Below, piece by piece: positions 9,181 to 16,208 of a stretch of DNA of 21,921 nt. Source of the stretch: Candidatus Dadabacteria bacterium (GTDB taxonomy: Bacteria; Desulfobacterota_D; UBA1144; Nemesobacterales; CSP1-2); the NCBI GenBank assembly GCA_040289575.1, contig PSLL01000028.1:10052-31972 (forward strand), in the 5' to 3' direction. The position numbers were made by a program, and so were the translations under genes. How positions within the stretch are numbered: position 1 is the first letter of the stretch; each line of letters begins with the position of its first letter. Under the pieces are notes generated by a model. It saw only the letters and a list, made by a program, of their open reading frames with translations, was not told where the DNA came from and did no database searches.

Positions 9181-9915
9181 ATGAAACAAATAATTTTAGA
9201 TGTGAAAGGCGTAACAGTTCAGTTCAAGACATTGACCGCAAAAATCACTGCACTATGGGACATCAGTTTCAAAGTAGAAAAAGGCGACAGAGTAATCATC
9301 GTCGGAGAATCAGGATGTGGAAAATCTACATTACTTAATGCTATAGGAGCTAGTGTCCCTTTGACAGCCGGCGAAATTCTTTTGAATGGTAAAAAAATCA
9401 CTAAACCCAGCATTGACATGATGAATGTGTATCAGGAGTCTGACCAATTGTGTGCTTGGAAAACAGTTTTAGAAAATGTCCGTTTCCCATTGATGGTTGC
9501 ACGAGGCATGAACAGAGCACAAGCAACTGAAAGAGCAATGACCTATTTAGGTAAGGTAAAACTTGAGACACATATCAACAAGTATCCTCATGAATTGTCA
9601 GGAGGAATGAAAGCACGAGTAGCGATAGCAAGAGGCATGGCGGTAGAGCCAGCAATCTTACTACTTGATGAACCATTCGCAGCTTTAGATCCGATGACAC
9701 GCAGACAGATGCAAATTGAGACACGCACACTTTTAGAGAAAACAGGTGCGACATGCTTAATGATTACTCATGATGTAGCAGAGGCAGTTCGTTTAGCTAC
9801 CAAAATCATTGTGCTATCCCCTCACCCTGGTCAAGTCATAGCGGAGTTGCAGGGCTCACCGACAGGCGAGGATTCTGAACTTGAAAAGCACATACATGAG
9901 TTACTAGGACACTAA
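9181..9915 (+). CDS. ABC transporter ATP-binding protein, NitT/TauT family
   Basis: Walker A GESGCGKS, signature LSGGMKAR, Walker B LLLDEPF, ITHD. ATG 9181 with AAGGA RBS preferred over TTG 9148. Confidence 0.92.
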   Translation: MKQIILDVKGVTVQFKTLTAKITALWDISFKVEKGDRVIIVGESGCGKSTLLNAIGASVPLTAGEILLNGKKITKPSIDMMNVYQESDQLCAWKTVLENVRFPLMVARGMNRAQATERAMTYLGKVKLETHINKYPHELSGGMKARVAIARGMAVEPAILLLDEPFAALDPMTRRQMQIETRTLLEKTGATCLMITHDVAEAVRLATKIIVLSPHPGQVIAELQGSPTGEDSELEKHIHELLGH

Positions 9916-9952
9916 AAATACAACACACAACAAAAATAAAATGGAGCACGAC

Positions 9953-10813
9953 ATGCTAGACACAACAAAAAACATATACAGAGAAAAAGCGGACTTGTCC
10001 GAAATCGGAGACATTTCAGTATCATTACCAATGTGGCAGAGAATCAGTCAAATGACATGGCTACGTAAGACATTGATACTTATCGTTATGATTTTAGGAT
10101 GGGAATTTTATGCACGCCATCTTAACGATGCATTGCTTTTCCCAACCTTTACCGCGACTGCTAAAACATGGTTCTCATTATTATTAGATGGAACTTTGGC
10201 AGACAAAACATGGACAAGCTTGAAAGTGTTAGGCATGGGCTACGGGCTTGGAATTCTTTTAGCTACAGTTTTAGCAGTAGCCGCAACACTTACTAAGATA
10301 GGTCAAGATATTTTAGAGACATTGACAGCCATGTTCTCACCATTACCAGCAATTGCACTTTTACCTTTAGCATTAATTTGGTTTGGCATGGGAAATGGTT
10401 CTTTAGTTTTCGTAATTGTTCATTCAGTCTTGTGGCCTGTAGCTTTGAGCATGTTAAGTGGTTTTAAGGCAGTTGCTCCAACATTGAGAAAGGTAGGACG
10501 CAACTACGGATTAACAAGTTTTGGATATGCAAGACACATTCTTTTTCCAGCAGCACTTAACAGTATTTTGACAGGGTTTAAAATCGGCTGGTCCTACGCA
10601 TGGAGAACATTAGTCGCAGCCGAACTCATATTCGGGGCCGCCAGCGGATCGGGCGGACTCGGGTTCTTTATATCAGAATCGAAGAACAACTTATTGATTC
10701 CCGAGGTATTTGCAGGTCTACTTAGCGTGATTATTATTGGCTTGTTAGTTGAGGCAGTAGTTTTCAGAATTATTGAAAACAAGACAGTAAAAAAATGGGG
10801 TATGCAATCATAA
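9953..10813 (+). CDS. ABC transporter permease, NitT/TauT (SsuC/TauC-like) family
   Basis: Multiple TM helices; PLPAIALLPLALIWFG and AWRTLVAAEL motifs. Start 9953 (GGAG RBS) or 9941. Confidence 0.92.
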   Translation: MLDTTKNIYREKADLSEIGDISVSLPMWQRISQMTWLRKTLILIVMILGWEFYARHLNDALLFPTFTATAKTWFSLLLDGTLADKTWTSLKVLGMGYGLGILLATVLAVAATLTKIGQDILETLTAMFSPLPAIALLPLALIWFGMGNGSLVFVIVHSVLWPVALSMLSGFKAVAPTLRKVGRNYGLTSFGYARHILFPAALNSILTGFKIGWSYAWRTLVAAELIFGAASGSGGLGFFISESKNNLLIPEVFAGLLSVIIIGLLVEAVVFRIIENKTVKKWGMQS

Positions 10814-10830
10814 GTAGTATCAAATCTAAG

Positions 10831-10855
10831 AAAGCTCCAATCATGGAGCTTTTTT
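10831..10855 (+). terminator. Intrinsic terminator of the ABC operon
   Basis: AAAGCTCCA-atca-TGGAGCTTT followed by T residues. Confidence 0.85.
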
Positions 10856-10886
10856 CATTGACCATCTAATTTTGCCGAACAATGAT

Positions 10887-10910
10887 AAAAAGCCCCTTGA
10901 TGGGGCTTTT
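10887..10910 (-). terminator. Intrinsic terminator (bidirectional) of the small minus-strand gene
   Basis: AAAAGCCCC-ttgat-GGGGCTTTT. Confidence 0.8.
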
Positions 10911-10928
10911 GTGTTTTCAAAGCTAATT

Positions 10929-11108
10929 TTAAAAGAAAGAGGTTTTAACCATCCAAACAATAAATGCACCCATTCCAGCTAAAGAGACAAACGCCATTAT
11001 CACAACTGCCTTTGTATCTTTCACTCGTTGTGTTTGCATTGCAACTAATTCTTTTCCTATCACACCGCTATCGTCATACCCTTTATCATAATTCATGTTC
11101 TCGTTCAT
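10929..11108 (-). CDS. 59-aa tail-anchored membrane protein (MNENMNYDKG...AFIVWMVKTSFF)
   Basis: CAGGAG RBS upstream of the ATG at 11108; own family promoter and terminator; C-terminal TM. The ORF-track start at 11183 runs through the promoter. Confidence 0.75.
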   Translation of the reverse strand: MNENMNYDKGYDDSGVIGKELVAMQTQRVKDTKAVVIMAFVSLAGMGAFIVWMVKTSFF

Positions 11109-11131
11109 TGTAGTTCTCCTGTTTTTGTTGT

Positions 11132-11169
11132 TTATAAAACCAATATACGAAAACAAAAACGAAAGTAAA
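11132..11169 (-). promoter_or_regulatory. Family promoter P5 (minus strand) with degenerate operator
   Basis: Minus strand: TTTACT (11169-11164), 16 bp ending TTTTCG, TATATT (11147-11142); GTATA-N7-TATAA. Confidence 0.6.
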
Positions 11170-11236
11170 CCCCCAAATTGCATTATTGCAGATATCTAAT
11201 TTGCAATATTTGTTCTGCTAGTTCTTATTTCTGCTA

Positions 11237-11274
11237 TTGCAATTCATTGAATTTTTCGTATTGTATATAAACAC
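11237..11274 (+). promoter_or_regulatory. Family promoter P6 with operator (adhesin)
   Basis: TTGCAA (11237-11242), 16 bp, TATTGT; 18-mer at 11250-11267; GTATT-N7-AACAC. Confidence 0.75.
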
Positions 11275-11289
11275 AACTACGGAGATTAC

Positions 11290-12906
11290 ATGAAACAGAA
11301 AAAATTACACTTAATAAAGATTGCAGTAATAATTGCGGCAGCATTTCAGGCAAACGCATATGCAGTCACTTTTACACCACCACCAGGTCCTCCACCAGGC
11401 AACATGGTTGTTGATATAAACAGTTCTACAGGATCTAGTATTCAGTATGGTAGCGGCGGTGCAATTTTTGGACAGGGCAACACATGCTACGGAAATAACT
11501 GCTTAATCAACGGCATGAATTCAACAGTTGGAACTCCAACTAGCAATACTGATGATGGATTTGTATTTGGTAACAATTCGTCAAATACAGGAGTAAACGG
11601 CGGGGCAATAGGAAACAACACTGTCAATAATTTGGATAACAACATTTCCGTGGGGGATCGCACGATTGGTTCAGTATCCGACGCTGTGACAGGTGATCAG
11701 GCCGTAAACCTTAGACAGGTGCAAAGCTTGATCGGACCAGCAGGTATCACCCGCCCACAAGCACAAGCTATTGCTGACACGGCCCAAAGTAACGCAATTA
11801 GTCAATCCAACAGCTACACAGATGCGGCCGCTGCAACCACATTGAACCAGGCGAACACTACCGCCGCAGCAGCAGCGACAACAGCACAGACCAATGCGGT
11901 AACACAGTCAACCACTTACACAGACGGTGTAGCAGCAACCACCTTGGGAGCAGCTAACGCCAATGCACAAACTCTAGCGAACGCCGCCCAAGCAAATGCA
12001 GTGAGTCAGGCAACTACCGCTGCACGGACATTGGCTACAACCGCTCAGAACAATGCGGTGACTCAATCTAATGCCTACACCAACGCAGCGACTACAGGAG
12101 CTTTAACCCAGGCGAACGCCAATGCACAGACACTTGCAAATACTGCACAGACAAATGCCGTAACTCAAGCAACAGCGAACGCACAAGCTTTAGCAACTAC
12201 AGCACAGACCAATGCAGTGAGTCAGGCAAAAACTTACACAGACGGTGTGACATCTGGAATTTTGACTCAAGCGAATACCAATGCACAGGTGATGGCGAAT
12301 ACTGCACAAGGCAATGCAGTAGCACAGTTAAAAACCTATACCGATGGAGTTACATCAGGGATTTTGACGCAGGCGAACAGCAATGCAAAAACTTTGGCTG
12401 ATACTGCACAAACCAATGCAGTGACTCAAGCAAATGCAAGTGCAAAAGTGATGGCTGATACAGCACAAACAAATGCAGTTTCACTTTCTCAAGCATATAC
12501 CAATGTAGCAGCAGCAAACACTTTGGCAGCAGCGAACATGAACACACAAACCTTTGTATCTCAGTCTGAAAATCGTTCAATGGCGTATGCAGATCAGGTA
12601 GGAGCAAACAGTGTCAAGCAAGCGAACTCCTACACAGATAGTAAGTTAGGAAAAGTGAACACTGACTTGAGAGCTTTAGACAGAAAATATGCAGGAGCCA
12701 TTGCAAGTGTGGCCGCCGCAAGTTCAGCACCGTTCATACCTGGTAAAACAGTGGTAACTGGTGGCATGGGTTACTACTCAGGACAGTCTGCATTCGGTAT
12801 ATCAATGACAAGTTCATACAGTTCAACTTACGGCGTTCGTGGAGCCGTGTCTTTCTCACATACAGGAGGGCCAGTTTTAAGTGCAGGATTCATTGCAGTT
12901 TATTAA
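11290..12906 (+). CDS. YadA-like trimeric autotransporter adhesin
   Basis: Signal peptide ending ANAYA; G/N-rich head repeats; neck SVGDRTIGSVSDAVTGDQAVNLRQV; A/T/N/Q stalk with YTD motifs; anchor GAIASVAA..GGMGYYSGQSAFGISM ending in an aromatic residue. Confidence 0.92.
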   Translation: MKQKKLHLIKIAVIIAAAFQANAYAVTFTPPPGPPPGNMVVDINSSTGSSIQYGSGGAIFGQGNTCYGNNCLINGMNSTVGTPTSNTDDGFVFGNNSSNTGVNGGAIGNNTVNNLDNNISVGDRTIGSVSDAVTGDQAVNLRQVQSLIGPAGITRPQAQAIADTAQSNAISQSNSYTDAAAATTLNQANTTAAAAATTAQTNAVTQSTTYTDGVAATTLGAANANAQTLANAAQANAVSQATTAARTLATTAQNNAVTQSNAYTNAATTGALTQANANAQTLANTAQTNAVTQATANAQALATTAQTNAVSQAKTYTDGVTSGILTQANTNAQVMANTAQGNAVAQLKTYTDGVTSGILTQANSNAKTLADTAQTNAVTQANASAKVMADTAQTNAVSLSQAYTNVAAANTLAAANMNTQTFVSQSENRSMAYADQVGANSVKQANSYTDSKLGKVNTDLRALDRKYAGAIASVAAASSAPFIPGKTVVTGGMGYYSGQSAFGISMTSSYSSTYGVRGAVSFSHTGGPVLSAGFIAVY

Positions 12907-12928
12907 ACGTAAAAACGTAAAAGCATAT

Positions 12929-13153
12929 ATGAAAACCATCGTGCAACTCACAAAAAAAGAAACTGACCCGATGATTTGCCATTCAGGTGACTACTGTGAT
13001 TCCAACATGGCGATGTATGAGGCTTTTGTAATTAACGGAATTGACCCGCTTGAAACAGATGATGGTATGTCTCAAGAACATACAGACCTTTGGAACGAGG
13101 CATGGGACTTGGCGAAAAAGAATCTTTTCTATACTGAACCTACCGTAAAGTGA
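12929..13153 (+). CDS. Small phage/plasmid-type hypothetical protein (CHSGDYCDSNMAM motif), possibly 5'-truncated
   Basis: 74-aa ORF; protein-like acidic composition with WNEAW; no clear RBS; overlaps the next start. Confidence 0.55.
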   Translation: MKTIVQLTKKETDPMICHSGDYCDSNMAMYEAFVINGIDPLETDDGMSQEHTDLWNEAWDLAKKNLFYTEPTVK

Positions 13154-13389
13154 AAAACAACATGAACAACTTTGGCAAACCACCTTTTGACCTCATCAAA
13201 GTATCTGGTGACTGGACTGACAATGTCTATAACTGCTACTCCAACCGCCAACACTGGAATGGATGGGCAATGCCCTATTTCACGAAAGAGGAGGCTTTGC
13301 GTATTGTTGAGGACATGGATGATGTGACTTATGACGAATCCACCGACAGCTTTGTGTGGACGAATGCTGACGACAACGAACTGGGATGA
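13150..13389 (+). CDS. Small phage/plasmid-type hypothetical protein (WNGWAMPYFT motif), possibly 3'-truncated
   Basis: 79-aa ORF; GTGA overlap with the previous gene; followed by a terminator. Confidence 0.6.
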   Translation: MKNNMNNFGKPPFDLIKVSGDWTDNVYNCYSNRQHWNGWAMPYFTKEEALRIVEDMDDVTYDESTDSFVWTNADDNELG

Positions 13390-13428
13390 GATGGCAGTAA
13401 CAAAATAATCTAGAAATTATGAAATATT

Positions 13429-13454
13429 AGAGCCCCTACATGGGGCTTTTTTTT
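13429..13454 (+). terminator. Intrinsic terminator
   Basis: AGAGCCCC-tacat-GGGGCTTT followed by a T run. Confidence 0.85.
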
Positions 13455-13486
13455 CGTCTAACGATATCTAAAATTGGATTTGCACA

Positions 13487-13528
13487 TTGACAACTTTTCA
13501 ATTTTTCGTATTGTATATAAATACGAAA
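13487..13528 (+). promoter_or_regulatory. Family promoter P7 with the most perfect operator
   Basis: TTGACA (13487-13492), 16 bp, TATTGT; TTTCGTATT-gtatata-AATACGAAA perfect 9-bp inverted repeat (13504-13528). Confidence 0.8.
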
Positions 13529-13592
13529 CGAACTGATTTACCAACTACGACACATCAGGAGGCTTGTATGGAAATCTAAAAAAGGAAACCGC

Positions 13593-14249
13593 ATGCAGAA
13601 CACAATATCTCTATACCAAAAACCAATTGTAATAAAACAGGAATCTTTGCCTTTCACTGTTCGCTTAGTGAAAAATGAAAGTGATTTGATGAAAGCAGTA
13701 AGTATTCGTCAAAGTGCATATGAGCGTCATGTTCCAGAGTTCGCAAAATTATTGCAAGAACCTGAACTTGCTGACTACGAGGACGACACAGTAGTTTTCT
13801 TAGCAGAATCCAAAGATGATGGAGCGCCACTTGGCACAATCAGAATTCAGTCTAATTTTGTTAGACCACTTGACCTTGAAAAATCAGTTGAACTACCTAC
13901 ATGGTTGAGTGAGTCAAAAATAGCAGAGGCATCAAGGCTAGGAATAGTAGCAAGCCCACAAGGGTCACTAATCAAGGATGCTCTTGTAAAAGCATTCTAC
14001 TTACTATGCATGAAAAACAGCATTGACCTGATGGTGATTTCCGCACGCCGGCCACTCAACCGCATGTATGAAAAATTGTGTTTTTCAGACGTTTTTTCAG
14101 ACTTGATACCCATGAAACACATAGGCAACATTCCGCACAAAATCATGTATTTTGATGTGAGGAGCAGCTACAAAACTTGGACAGAACACAACCATCCAGG
14201 CGTGGAATTTTTCGGACTTACCCACCACCCTGACATCAGCATTGACTGA
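13593..14249 (+). CDS. GNAT-fold acyltransferase, N-acyl amino acid synthase (FeeM)/LuxI-related superfamily
   Basis: AVSIRQSAY, VFLAESK..PLGTIRI, IAEASRLG and MYEKLCF motifs in GNAT order; AAAGGA RBS. Confidence 0.7.
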   Translation: MQNTISLYQKPIVIKQESLPFTVRLVKNESDLMKAVSIRQSAYERHVPEFAKLLQEPELADYEDDTVVFLAESKDDGAPLGTIRIQSNFVRPLDLEKSVELPTWLSESKIAEASRLGIVASPQGSLIKDALVKAFYLLCMKNSIDLMVISARRPLNRMYEKLCFSDVFSDLIPMKHIGNIPHKIMYFDVRSSYKTWTEHNHPGVEFFGLTHHPDISID

Positions 14250-14255
14250 TTCAAA

Positions 14256-14274
14256 TAGCCCCGTAGAGGGGCTA
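14256..14274 (+). terminator. Terminator-family hairpin lacking a U tail
   Basis: TAGCCCC-gtaga-GGGGCTA just after the stop at 14249. Confidence 0.55.
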
Positions 14275-14440
14275 AATCATTGATTCAAGGGTTTTCTACG
14301 ACCTGCACACCCTACCCGCTTGTCCACCTATCAGAACCACTAGGCTACGGTTCTAGGCTACACCCCGCCCAAGACTGCCACAGATGCACCCCTAAAATAA
14401 ATCCATTTGTAGCCTATATGTAGCAAAATTTTTCACAAGC

Positions 14441-14475
14441 AAAAGAAAAGGGGCTACGATTTCTCGTAACCCCTT
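14441..14475 (-). terminator. Terminator supplied downstream of the tRNA 3' fragment
   Basis: Minus strand AAGGGGTTACG-agaaat-CGTAGCCCCTT-TTCTTTT, about 18 nt after the CCA end. Confidence 0.8.
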
Positions 14476-14492
14476 GATTTTACTACTAATTT

Positions 14493-14541
14493 TGGTAGGC
14501 CGTGCGGGATTCGAACCTGCGACCAACGGATTAAAAGTCCG
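14493..14541 (-). tRNA. 3' fragment (49 bp) of tRNA-Lys(UUU) serving as the att identity block; not a complete gene
   Basis: Minus strand CGGA-CTTTTAA-TCCG anticodon arm, GCAGG-TTCGAAT-CCCGC T arm, ACGGCCTA-CCA end. The 5' acceptor strand and D arm are absent. Confidence 0.9.
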
Positions 14542-14648
14542 TTAATTATAGCCTAAAGCCCTTTTTCCTAAGTCATTGATTTTACTAGAAAATCCTTGTA
14601 ACTCATTGATTTTACAGGTTTTTTAAACAAGGACACTGCGATTCTTAC

Positions 14649-14678
14649 TTGCCATTGGTTGCCATTGGTTGCCAATGA
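14649..14678. repeat. Three tandem 10-bp repeats, candidate excisionase/RDF binding sites
   Basis: TTGCCATTGG, TTGCCATTGG, TTGCCAATGA between the IHF sites and the right arm repeats. Confidence 0.65.
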
Positions 14679-14780
14679 TTTCCAGCTTTGTGTAGCCTAA
14701 TTTGTAGCCTAGAACCGAATTGTAGCCTAGAATGTGCTAACGGAGCATCATTTCTAAACGGCATCAATTTTGGGGGAGCT

Positions 14781-16208
14781 ATGACTACAACCAGCCAGAA
14801 AACAACCGACGACAGCAGCATCCGTTTTCCGTTCACAGCCAAGCTACTGGCCAAAATTCCCTTGGAAACGGAGGGTCCGCAAAAAACATACTATGATACC
14901 AACTTTAAAGGGTTGGGCCTGCGTGTCGGAGCCAAGAAAAAAACTTTCATTCTTTACAAGAGAGTCAAAGGAGGCGCACCAGTTCGCATCACTCTCGGTC
15001 AGTATGGAATCATTGGACTTGAGGATGCCAAGAAACTTGCACTTGCTCAAAGTGTAGTGTTGAACGATGGCATCAACCCACTTGTTGAGAAAAAGGTTCA
15101 TGCAGCGAACTTGGCAGCAAGTCAGGTGGACACAGTGCAGATGGTTTTTGACTACTACATTACTCATCAAATCAAGAGCCACAAGAAAAACGTTGAGACA
15201 TTTGATGCAGACGGCAAAGTCATTGGTAAGTCATCAACACTAAAAGACATAGACTTGATGCTCAAGTATTTTGGTGAAAAAACGTTCACGTCGCTCAAGC
15301 AGGTAAACGGCGAGTGGGTTCAAGATCAAGACGTAACTTTGCGCAACTTGCTAACAATCCCTTTTCGTGAACTGACACCCAAAGAAATTTTGGAGAGGTT
15401 CAAATTGTTGGAAACCGCATGTCCTGCACGCATTCCGAAAAACAAACCTTTGGAGCCGATCAAACGAACACATCAACTTACTTTCAAGTATGCGAACTCT
15501 GCGTTTGGATATTACATCGGTGTTGAGAGCTTGATTCCTAAAGAAAACTACCACAACCCTTTTGACATCTTGACCTCTGCTAAAAAATGGAAAAAAACAA
15601 GCATGAGGAAAGGCTACATTGATTTTAAGGATCAGGAGGGTTACAACTGGTGGACAGCAGTAAAAACTTACACAAAAGCGGCAGGTTCCGTATCTGACTA
15701 CATTATTTTTAGCTTGTTGCAAGCTGGCCGTTCAATTGACATCGCATCACTCACTTGGGACAAAGTTGATTTTGCAAGAAAAGAAATTAGGTATGTAGAT
15801 ACCAAAAACGATGAAACCTACGTTTTCCCACTGACCAAACATGCACTTGAAATTTTGCATCGTCGTCGGAAATTCTCAAACGGCACAGAATTTATTTTTG
15901 AATATCCTAACAGCAAGGACAAACATGTCCCTCCAGCTTGCAAGGATCATTTCAAAGCCATTGCTACAATTTCTGGAAAACACATTACTCACCATGATTT
16001 GCGTCGCACGTGGGCAACACAAGCACGAGCATTGAAAATTGACGGCAGGACGATTGACTATTGTCTCAAACACAAAATTGGTGACGTGAATGAACACTAC
16101 TACCAGGGCCAGAAACAGGAAATTCATGATGCATTGCAATTGGTTGAGGACACCATCCTCTCACATGTTAAATCTAAAGAGCCGAAAGAAATGGAGATGG
16201 CAGCATGA
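14781..16208 (+). CDS. int: Tyrosine recombinase/integrase with a P4-like arm-binding domain
   Basis: YYDTNFKGLGLRVG..KTFILYKR..RITLGQYG arm-binding domain; catalytic R (AGRSIDI), K (TKN), HDLRR, H (LKH), Y (EHYY). ATG 14781 has a GGGGGAG RBS. Confidence 0.95.
   Translation: MTTTSQKTTDDSSIRFPFTAKLLAKIPLETEGPQKTYYDTNFKGLGLRVGAKKKTFILYKRVKGGAPVRITLGQYGIIGLEDAKKLALAQSVVLNDGINPLVEKKVHAANLAASQVDTVQMVFDYYITHQIKSHKKNVETFDADGKVIGKSSTLKDIDLMLKYFGEKTFTSLKQVNGEWVQDQDVTLRNLLTIPFRELTPKEILERFKLLETACPARIPKNKPLEPIKRTHQLTFKYANSAFGYYIGVESLIPKENYHNPFDILTSAKKWKKTSMRKGYIDFKDQEGYNWWTAVKTYTKAAGSVSDYIIFSLLQAGRSIDIASLTWDKVDFARKEIRYVDTKNDETYVFPLTKHALEILHRRRKFSNGTEFIFEYPNSKDKHVPPACKDHFKAIATISGKHITHHDLRRTWATQARALKIDGRTIDYCLKHKIGDVNEHYYQGQKQEIHDALQLVEDTILSHVKSKEPKEMEMAA

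Larger units (their letters stand above)
14273..14729. other. attP recombination region: arm-type repeats, IHF sites and core
   Basis: TGTAGCCTA at 14408, 14691, 14703, 14721 and inverted at 14341 (8 of 9) and 14354; YAANNNNTTGATW (IHF) at 14273, 14467, 14569, 14599; tRNA fragment in the centre; integrase immediately downstream. Confidence 0.85.

Noticed and set aside
8108..10813. Assigning ssuABC or tauABC symbols
   Set aside because: The family is clear but the substrate is not; no ssuD/ssuE/tauD neighbours are present.
11109..11183. Longer start for the minus-strand membrane protein
   Set aside because: The extension overlaps its own promoter and RBS; ATG 11108 is better supported.
7238..13517. 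The 18-mer repeats as integron attC sites or CRISPR repeats
   Set aside because: No RYYYAAC/GTTRRRY ends or long imperfect hairpins; copies are kilobases apart and sit at promoter positions.
14325..14338. oriT nick site (CACCTATC resembles the RP4 nic flank)
   Set aside because: The YATCCTG core is absent and there is no adjacent inverted repeat; no oriT could be supported in the window.
14493..14570. Complete functional tRNA-Lys gene
   Set aside because: Similarity stops at the anticodon stem (14541); no D arm or 5' acceptor strand follows.
14341..14729. CRISPR array or replication iterons
   Set aside because: Repeats are 9-15 bp, irregularly spaced and in both orientations around a tRNA fragment, which fits integrase arm sites; no cas or rep gene is present.
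14688..14780. N-terminal extension of the integrase (MCSLICSLEPNCSLEC) in the ORF track
   Set aside because: It is the translation of the TGTAGCCTA arm repeats; ATG 14781 has the RBS.
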